64,000 nucleotides of DNA from NCBI GenBank assembly GCA_002104905.1, contig MCFE01000096.1, forward strand, positions 1 through 64,000, given 5' to 3'. How positions within the stretch are numbered: the stretch's first letter is position 1; the number at the start of each line of letters is the position of its first letter. Source of the DNA: Basidiobolus meristosporus CBS 931.73. Lineage: Eukaryota > Fungi > Basidiobolomycota. A program made the translations under genes and the position numbers. This document shows positions 32,571 to 41,616 of the stretch, one piece after another. The notes under the pieces are model-generated. The model saw only the letters and a list, made by a program, of their open reading frames with translations. It searched no databases and was not told the DNA's origin.

Positions 32571-33161
32571 ATGCATTTCTCCAGCATCTCCATCGCTCTC
32601 ATCCTCTCCACCGTGTCGAGTGTTCTCTCCGTCCCAGTACAGAGCTACAACCGCTACGATGTGGAGGATAGCTACAACAATGGCGAGTATGAGATGGACC
32701 ACAGATACACCGACTACCCGGAGAACTACGGCAAGGACAACGAGGTCTATCGCTGGGATGAAGCGGACTACAAGAGGAGGGAGGAGCTCGAGTACGACAA
32801 CAAAGCTGAGTACGTTCACCTACGCGAGTCCAAATATGGAGGGGAGCGTGGACGTGAGCATGAGTACGAGAGTGAGCGCGAATATGGCTACGAGCGCAAC
32901 GGAAGTGATGATCCGGAACCAAGAAGACCACTATTCGAGGAAGAGCCAGTCGACCAGGAGAACATGAAGAAGGGGCCAGTTGCCAACGAGGAGGCAAAGA
33001 CAGCCTCGCCTGAGTCCCAGCAGAAGGATACCACCCCAGCCTCCACAGGAGTCAACAGTGAAAGAGTGGCACCAGCATCAGGCTCAACATCCAATGATGC
33101 AGGCACAGACTGTCCTGGCGTGGCCGGATTACTTGGAGTGTGTGTCAATGTCAACCTGTGA
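32571..33161 (+). CDS. Secreted Tyr/Glu-rich protein, copy 3 (196 aa)
   Basis: Near-identical to copies 1 and 2; TATAAAT at 32462-32468. Confidence 0.85.
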   Translation: MHFSSISIALILSTVSSVLSVPVQSYNRYDVEDSYNNGEYEMDHRYTDYPENYGKDNEVYRWDEADYKRREELEYDNKAEYVHLRESKYGGERGREHEYESEREYGYERNGSDDPEPRRPLFEEEPVDQENMKKGPVANEEAKTASPESQQKDTTPASTGVNSERVAPASGSTSNDAGTDCPGVAGLLGVCVNVNL

Positions 33162-34001
33162 ATTCGTACAAATAAGAATATGCACTAGAATACCAAGAAA
33201 TAAAGTTCGCGAATATGAGGATTAAGGTCACTGCTATCATTACCAAATACATATAAGATCGCAACTGCATGAAACCTTATTGCCCCGTCCATTGCGGGAG
33301 TACGCTTCCGAATCTATGGCCAATTATCTGGAATGCGATGCGGAAAAACCTATCTCCTGCTGAGAAATCATTAATATACTTCATTCAGCCATCCTATTGG
33401 CAACCGCGAACGCCTGGCTATTCCGTCATTATGTGCTGATTATCCATGCATGGCTACTCCCTTATAAGGAGAGAAGCTCAGCTTGCCGAAATCAGGCCGA
33501 ACATTAGAGCCAATGAGAGAGGCTTTTAGTGTGGATAACAAGGGCTACACATCACATCATTGGCCAGTCATAGCCCGGATGGGCACCTCGTCGATATCGG
33601 AAGGGAGTTCCTCCTTCCGTTCAAATTGGCTGTCAACGAATTTATGGTAATTGACTTTGCTTTCAAATCAAGTGGAATCTCACCAATTTCCACCGAATTT
33701 TACCGAGCAACTTGTGAATTTCATCTCGCTCTTTTTACCGACCTCTTCCCTCCTCACACCACCTGTATCGGGTTCTGTTTTCGCTAAAATCTCTGCCTTC
33801 TTTCGATATTAGCCTTGCTTTTTTTTACCCTCACCCGCACACGTCGTCCCCCCTCCTTAGTGACTGAGGTTAGGTTCACCCAAGTCATTTCTTCCCAATT
33901 ATACACCTCGAACCGTGCGTTTTTTCTGGATACGCGCGAACACCTTAGCCACCCGACTGCTCGAGATCCACATTTTTGATCCCCTTATTAACCCCAACTG
34001 A

Positions 34002-36292
34002 ATGTTCTCGGAGGAATCCCCATACCATGGGCAGGAAAGAAGTCGCCTTAACCATATCAATCCTTTCCCGAGCCCCCAAGTCGCCGACTTCTCTAAGCTG
34101 ACCAAAAGAAAGCGTCTCACCCAGGCGTGCGAGGGTTGTCGCAAGAAAAAGGTGCGTTGCGATGGCGGTAAGCCGGCGTGCGCGAACTGCGCCAGACGGA
34201 ACATCGAGTGCACGTATGTGCCCAGCACAAACAAGCGCGGCCCTCGCCAGGGATACATAGAGAAGCTGGAGAAGCGTCTGGATATGATGGAGAAGTTGCT
34301 GGAGCCCTTGAAGCCCAACGAGGGCGGAGAGGGCGAGAACGAGTCGGAGGCTAGAGCGGAGTACGACACTCAAGAGGCGGAATCCGACGACAGTGGCCGT
34401 TCGGTTACCCCGGAAGCTTCTGCCTGCGTCGTCCCGTCTATCCAAGGACTGCCACAAAGCCAGGTGCCCACTCTGTCCCAGCCATCCCCATCCACCCAGA
34501 ATCAGGCGAGCCCTGCGGTGACTACTTCGTCTTACCTCGCAACCGTGGTGAATGACCATTCACCCAGCCCGTACGCCGAGTACCCTGGGCGAGCGGAGTC
34601 GGTTCATTCTTCCAGATCAATCGCTTCCAACTCCTCGGTTGGTGGGTCTCACGGGAACTCCGGGTATTCCGGCTATCATGGCGTAGGCAGCAACGAGGCG
34701 TCCCCGCATCGCAAGAAGAGCGTGGTGGTAGGCTCCTCGTCGAGCCTCTGCGCCAACCCATATATGCAGGCCACCATCTCATCTGGAGATAATTTCGAGA
34801 CGCTCATCAATCTCATCACTCGCTCCTGGCTGAACGACAAGCGGGTGCGAGGATTTATCCACGAGGACGGGTACTCGCCGTCCGCCGGGAATCCCTACGA
34901 AGTTGGCCCCACCAGAAGCCTGAGCTTTCCTGAGATCTCCGACCGGTTGATCAACGCTTACTTCGATCTGGTTAATCCGCAATACACGGTGGTGCACCGT
35001 GCGCAGTTCATGCGCGATCTCGAGGCTGGCACCCAGTCGGAATTGCTGCTCTACTGTATCTACGCCGTAACCGCCAGGTACGTGAGCCCCGGGAATCCAG
35101 ACTCCAAGCACACCTTCGCCGCGGGAGACTATTTCGCAAGCCGGGCGAAGTCGTTGATGGGCCAGTGCTGCGACGAGCATACCGTCTCCAACGTCCAGGC
35201 CTTGTTTCTGCTAGCGCTCCACGCCTACGGGAGCGGCCACGGCTCGGGCGGCTGGCTATATTCAGGTATGTGTGGCACCAGATCCCTGCCCGACCATGTC
35301 CACTAATGCGCTTCCCTTTCCCCAATCAACAGGCATGGCCACGAGGTACTCAACCAGCATTGCATATACGTCTCACCACCACACAAGTGTTAACCATGTT
35401 TCTTAGGATGGCGCAGGAGATAGGAATGAACCGTGTTGACGAGAAGGCCACCGATATGGACCCTCCCCGGAAGCTGACCTGGATAGAGAAGGAAACGTGC
35501 CGTAGGATATGGTGGTCGCTGTATGCGCTCGAGCGGATCATCTCCATAGGCACTGGGCGCCAGACGGTCATCGACGAGAATGACTGCGAGGTTGCCCTTC
35601 CCTCAGACGACTCCTTATGGGAAACAAGCGGGGACCCAAAGTACCAGCCAGATCCTGGGTCCTCCTCTCCCGGTGGTTTGGCCTACCTAGTGACCTTGAC
35701 CACCATCATGGGTCGGGTCTACCAATTCCAGAACCGACTGAAGCTGTCCCGCGGCTCCCCGTCAAGTCTACACGCGGAATTCGCCATCCTGGACGCGGCG
35801 TTGGTCTCGTGGAACATTTCTCTGCCTAGCCGATTCCAGTACGAGCCCAGAGACCCCCTCCCACCGGGTCTCGATGGCCGATTCGCGGTGTGGATCCGTC
35901 TACACTACTATGCCGCCCTCATCACACTCCATCGATGCAATATCGGATGCACGGACGCGGGGCCAGCGTTCCCGGTGTCGCTCACATTCGCCAACTCTTC
36001 CTTCGACAGGTGTATCACCTCCGCCAGCGGGATCACCGAGGTTCTGGCCAAGATCCAGGACAGCACCGAGTACTTCGTGCACTCGAGCGTCCCTCTCATC
36101 ACATGCATCTCGGGCGGGATCCATGTGAAGAACATGTTCTCCAAGGACCAGCGGATCAGCTCGACGGCCAGGCATAGCCTCGACGTCAGCTACGGCGTTG
36201 TGAACCGGTTGAAGGCCCAGTGGGCCCAGTGTTTCCGATACCTTGGGATGCTCAAGGATATCGAGGATACCCTCCTGAGGCTTTCCTCCTGA
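34002..36292 (+). CDS. Zn(II)2Cys6 transcription factor with a fungal-specific middle domain, 3 exons
   Basis: ACEGCRKKKVRCDGGKPACANCARRNIEC; exons 34002-35265, 35333-35345 and 35407-36292 give WLYSGMATRMAQEIGMN...RRIWWSLYALER. Confidence 0.94.
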
Positions 36293-36606
36293 ACCCTACG
36301 AATCCAGTTGACCTTCATGTTCATGGCATACGTGGCGCTGGTACCATATTGTTCGCGACGTTCACATGCACAACACTGACTCCTCGCCCTAGATCATCCC
36401 GTCGTCACCCCTCTCACTCCTCCGTAGTTAGACCCGTAGCTAGACCCGTTTTGAAGCCCAAATTAATAAACCAAGTATATACCCGAGGCATCCAACAATC
36501 TCCTACAATGGAAATTCTCCTTGGGTGCAGTGACCGGCTACTGGGCCGTAGGTATAAATGCTCCGCCCCCCTGGCCCACTCGACCAAAAGACAGATTTCC
36601 CAAGCC

Positions 36607-37212
36607 ATGCGTCCCCTGCTGATCCTCTCCTTGCTGGGGGTTTCCCTGGTCGCCCGTCACGTGGTCACCTCGTCGCCGGTCCCCTTCGACCCCCTGCCGA
36701 AGAAGTATTACGGGAAGTTCAGCAGATACACCGATTACCCGGAGAACTACGCGGACTGGGTGCCAGATGACGGCGGCTGGTTGTACCATGAGGATAGGAT
36801 ACGTGAGCGCTTCAGACACCAGTTAAAGCACCGCCCCAACCAAGCGGCCACCGGTGCCACGACGCCGGAGAGTCCCACCGAGGCCGACCACGCCCCACCA
36901 AACCAGGAGGCCAAGGGCTCCGAGGGGCCCGCGAGCCCGGAGGGACAGCCGGAGAGATGCGCACGGATCACCGCCAAGCTGGTGGAGTTGGGGATCCGGG
37001 GGGATGCGATGGTCTGCCTGGATGCCACGGTGACCATCGATTTTCTGAAGAGCCCGGGGATCTCCCCCCAGGTAAGTCAGGTGAACGGGTTGATGTCCTC
37101 GGAAGAGGTCGCCGCGAAGTGCGACCTCATCAAGACCAACGTGATCCCCTTGGCAATCTCCTCGGAGGCGGTGGTGTGTCTTCCCAACATCATCCAGATC
37201 ATGCTCACCTGA
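36607..37212 (+). CDS. Secreted protein (201 aa) with RYTDYPENY motif and two C-x18-C modules
   Basis: Signal-peptide-like MRPLLILSLLGVSLVA; TATAAAT at 36553-36559; caagccATG start context shared with the triplicated genes. The longer 330-aa ORF in the track is an upstream in-frame extension. Confidence 0.82.
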   Translation: MRPLLILSLLGVSLVARHVVTSSPVPFDPLPKKYYGKFSRYTDYPENYADWVPDDGGWLYHEDRIRERFRHQLKHRPNQAATGATTPESPTEADHAPPNQEAKGSEGPASPEGQPERCARITAKLVELGIRGDAMVCLDATVTIDFLKSPGISPQVSQVNGLMSSEEVAAKCDLIKTNVIPLAISSEAVVCLPNIIQIMLT

Positions 37213-37411
37213 GGGTCATTCCCTGAGCGTGATATTTAACTGGCCTCCAGGTCGCTATTTATCCCTGCCTTACCCCTACCCTCACCCTCACCCTCACCCT
37301 CTCTTATCTTGCTGCAATACCCATTCGCAATAAACATTCTTTATTCAATCCATTTCGGCGGTATAATCTCCACTACTATGTACATCCAACTGTGGAGAAC
37401 CGGTGTCTCCT

Positions 37412-40400
37412 CTAGAGCGATACGGTGACGAGCACGTCCGGCTCGAACGTCCGTAGCAGCCGGAGCATCGCGAGGTACCGGCGCTCGAACTCGCGCACCA
37501 TGCCGTCGAGCTCCCGCCAAGGAAGATGCGGCTTCCCCTTCATCGCGCGGATCGCCTGCCACAGGGACTCCACCGCGTACTGGGTCTCGTTGAGCTCCTG
37601 GATTCTCGCCGGGCTGATCTTGTGGACTGGAACGGAGTGATAAGGAGTTGGCTCGGGTGGATTAGGTTGGGTTGAGGGGGGGGGGTGCGCACGCTTACCT
37701 GCGGGTCGTTTCTCCAGGGGGAAGGCTCGGATCCTCTCCAGCAGCGCCCCCTCCACTTCCATCCCGATCGCTCGGTCTTCCGAACGAAGGGTCAGGTTGA
37801 AGGTGCTCTCTTGGGTCCCTTCGACCAACACGTCAATCTCCATTTGGGATCTGACCTACTAACCGGTCACTTACCTCGGGTGAGCGTCAGCGTGAGCAGG
37901 TGGGGGCTATACGGAGTGTGGAATACAGCGGTGCTTGCGTCCACCAGGATCTTCTCCAGCCTAGGTCTGGGGAGCCGGTCAGTTCGTCGAAGGTGTCCGA
38001 AGAGGGAGCGGGTCGCCGTCACCCCCAACCCATCACTTACCTATCTACATGTTCGCCCAGGAGGATGGAAAGTAAGGACTTGTGGAGATCGAGGTCTTGG
38101 TGGGACTCGGCCCACTTGACCTTCAACCGGATCTCATGGCTCTTCACCCTCTCGTGGCCGCCCGAGGGCTGCCGCTGTAACGGGAGTGGTCGGTTATTCA
38201 AGGTGGGGGGGAGTTGGGGTTCACGTGATGACTCTCTTACCCATCGCTTCTCTCCGGAGCGGTCTAGCAGCTCCGCGACGTGCCTGGTGAGTCCCGAGGC
38301 TCGATCGAAGTTGTTGAAGTACGGGCTTGTTTGTGTGTATGGCGAAGGGTAGGGGATCTCCTGGGGACTCGGCGCGGCGAAATCGATCACATCAAATGTC
38401 GCCGTCTGCAACAGGATGTACACTGTTGTCATGATCGGGGGTCAGTAAGGCCTGGACGAGTGACGGGATCAACGGGAAGGGGTAGATACCTGAGTTGCGC
38501 GCATGCCTGAGCGAGTCGCTAGAGTAGCTGGACGAGCGTAACCCGACCTCCACTCGAAGGGGGAATATCTCGTATCGCATGGGAACCGGGATCCACTTTT
38601 CCCTAGGAAGGTTACGTTAATGGACTGAGGAGGAGCAGGCGCCCCGCTTCACTCGCAGCCAACCAACCTACCATGTTCCTGCGGTCAGACTCGCCTCGTG
38701 CACGATCTGGTTCGACGTCTGTGGGGGGTATTTGTGCGGGTTCAGGCTGAACTGGACGTTCACTGGGGTGGGTTAAGGATCACTCTCAATCAGCCAACGC
38801 ATCGACGTCTGGGTTACATCCAAAGGATACATTTCCAACCGGAGCGTACGGTGGTCTCATTCACCGTCAAGGTGACCCGCAGGTAGGGCAAGTCACGTAG
38901 ACTGCCGGATCGATGGGTGGGGACGACGGTGGGGGTGAGTTGTAGATCCATCTCCGGCCTCTTCTGCTTGATTCTCTCCAACTCGTAGAGTAGATGGTTG
39001 TTCATCTGGATGGCGCAGGTTGTTTCCTAGGCGAGGGAGTGAGCGTGGATGCGAGGATCGATCCCCTTGGTTCGATTCATACCTTCATGCGCTTCTCTAG
39101 CTTCGTCTTCTCCGAGGAGTGGCTCGCGATCAACTGCAACGTATCCTTGATCTGCATCCGCAGTTGATCAGGGTCGTAGGTGGCCGGTTTCCCGCTGGTG
39201 AATGGTGAGAAGAGGCGGTACCCGTGGCCTAGAACCAAAAGTTCCTCACGTACCTGTCCATGTACCACCGGTATCCGAGCAGCTTGTTGCGAGATGACAC
39301 CGCCACGAGGTGGGTTTCTTCGTCGGGATGGACGAAGGCGAATGCCGAGAGGATAGGAAGACTCGGCCGAGTGACGTTCAACAAAGTCGGGAGCAACTCT
39401 ACCAGAATCCGTGAGTGACCTGACAAATCGGCTGGTTTGGCAGGGATCGAGACTCACCCTTGGGGCTCGTATTCTTCCACATGTCCACAACGAGTAGCTG
39501 TCCTTGGCCAACTGTCAGCGCGAACGTCTCCTACACCGTGACGCGAGCATTAGCTACCGTGCATCCTAACCTCCCCACCGCTTCCCCGATAGATTACCTT
39601 CAGTTCGGCCGACGAAAGTACCGGGCCTGTTACGAAATAGGTGCTGGAAAGATGTCGATTCGAGACGGACTCCATGGTGAGCACACGCAGGGCGCCGCGT
39701 TTCCTGTGGATTCGCCGTTTAGTCTCCCCAAAGTCGCTGCTCTGGTATCGCCCCGAGGTACATTACCCTACAACCACCAGACAGTCTTCAACCCCTGCCC
39801 CTCGTGGGCTACGGACCACCATAAGCCCGACGATCGGTTCCTATATATAGAAGATTCTTGGTCAGCTTCGGTTGATCCCGTGGAATTCTCTCGACGGACT
39901 CGCCTCAAGGGTGCATAGGAGCAGACGGGAGGATTCGGCGTCCCAGTCCTGGTAGTAGACTTTTCCTTCGCTGGTGCCGATTAGCAGGATCGGGCGACCA
40001 TTCAGAGCCCTGGGAGACATGGGTTAGCCATCGTCGCGAGGATCCCATTAGCACCGTTCGTCACCCACCGATCCACCCCAAACAGGCCGGAGAACGTCTT
40101 GACGCTGAGATGGTTCTGCAGGTTCGCGTCCGTGGCTGGGAGAAGTGCACCGCGCGGGGGGATGGGGGTTAAAGAAATAACGTGGTTTGCTATACATATA
40201 CACATATACACGATGGGCCGGTTCCCCGACGAAATCAAAGGATATCCACTCGACTGCACGTCACCTTCTCCCCATCCAGCGGAAGGGTGCCCAGGTGTCG
40301 CTTGAACTCCTCCGACCCCAAGCCGAGCCTGCTACCCTCTACGGTGAACCAGGTTCCCTGGGGTCCGAGGAAGCCCCACTCCGGGCCGTGTTCCCCCTCG

Positions 40401-41132
40401 ATACGTAGGATGTTGCTCACCGGGGTCTGGTCATGGGTTGTCTTGTCGTTAGGAACGGGGTGAAGTCCACAGGAGGGTAGGGGGTTCTACCTCGTTGTAA
40501 AGAAGATGCTCCTCCTCGCGTATCAGCAGAAAAGTACTGGGGAGAGCCTCCCCCGTCATGTTGGCTTTCTTTCGTTTGGTTGGAGGCGACGAGTGCTCCG
40601 AAGACGCGGTGCTCCTACATTGAGACCCGACCCGACCCGGTTAGTCCCACTTGGAGGGTACGAAGGGGAGGTATGGTTGGTGGCTGAACCCGCTTACCGT
40701 AGTTTCAAGGGGACTCGCCAGATTCTCCCATCCAAGGTGCTAACCAGACAGAATCTCCGGGTGCCCAGGGGATCCTCCGAAGGGGCGTCCGGCCTCGCGT
40801 CCTCCTCGAAGAGGAAGAGGCTTCGCACCCGACCAGGAAACCGCCAGATCTCCTAACCAACCCACCGACAAACCGAAACGGGTCTCGTGAGTCCAGGTCG
40901 TCCGAGAGAGAGAGAGAGAGAGGGGGGGAGGGCGTCGTCGACTTCACCTTACCTGAATTTGAAATCCCCCCACCACGTGGACCAGCTTGTCCAACACCCG
41001 TATACACCGAACGCTCCCCGTCCTCGAGCTCGCCAGCTCCACCCTGCCCCCCAGTTGTGGTAGACCGAGGGAGCCGTAGTTCTCTATTGGTGTGGGTTCC
41101 GACCCACCAACGTTCTTGTCGCTCCTGTTCAT
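37412..41132 (-). CDS. FAAP100: FAAP100-like Fanconi anaemia core complex subunit, about 18 exons
   Basis: The hand-spliced protein contains, in order: LSVKTFSGLFGVDRALNGRPILLIGTSEGKV; LLCTLEEPIVGL...EDCLVVVGKRG; TYFVTGPVLS; LLVVDM; THLVAVSSRNKLL; QIKDTLQLIASHSSEKTKLEKRMK; SGWKLNVQF; FPLRVEVGL; VYILLQTATFDVIDF. This order parallels vertebrate FAAP100 motifs as I recall them and has not been checked by a search. Confidence 0.72.
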
Positions 41133-41616
41133 ACTACCGGCTGTCTAGGTCGCTCTCTGTGCGCGGTGTAGGTATGTGTGCAGGTATGGAGGGAGAGGGG
41201 GGGGGTACAGCTCACCAGCTTAAGGTTTCGGTTCCCGATCAGCCAACAGCAATCCCCGCATCACATGCCAGACTCGTATCTTGTTTACCCCAACCGACCA
41301 ATCGCCTTCCTCGCCTGATCAAAATACTGACTACTTGATCCAGACCAGTAGTCCCCTTTCTCACCGCAGATGCCTAGGTGGCTAGTGAGGAGGCCCAAGT
41401 AGAAGGGGCTTCCCAGGTGGATTTGGGACCTGGCCAGAGTTGGGGTTTAATCCCCATGGCGGTTCACCTTCCCTTGCTGGCCTGTCAAACCAAAATCCAG
41501 GATGCTTTGCCCCACAGTGGAGTTGCCTGTGTTGGGTTGTGAAAGCAATATGTGGATGATGGCAGGTGAGAACACTGGTCACTTGGTTGTATCCCAGGCA
41601 GAAGTCATGCGGTAAG

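Noticed and set aside
37270-37300. (CCCTCA)3-type tract resembling telomeric repeats
   Set aside because: Short, not CCCTAA, and in a pyrimidine-rich 3' UTR; treated as a simple repeat.
40904-40928. (GA)n plus poly-G tract
   Set aside because: An ordinary microsatellite in the first intron of the FAAP100-like gene.
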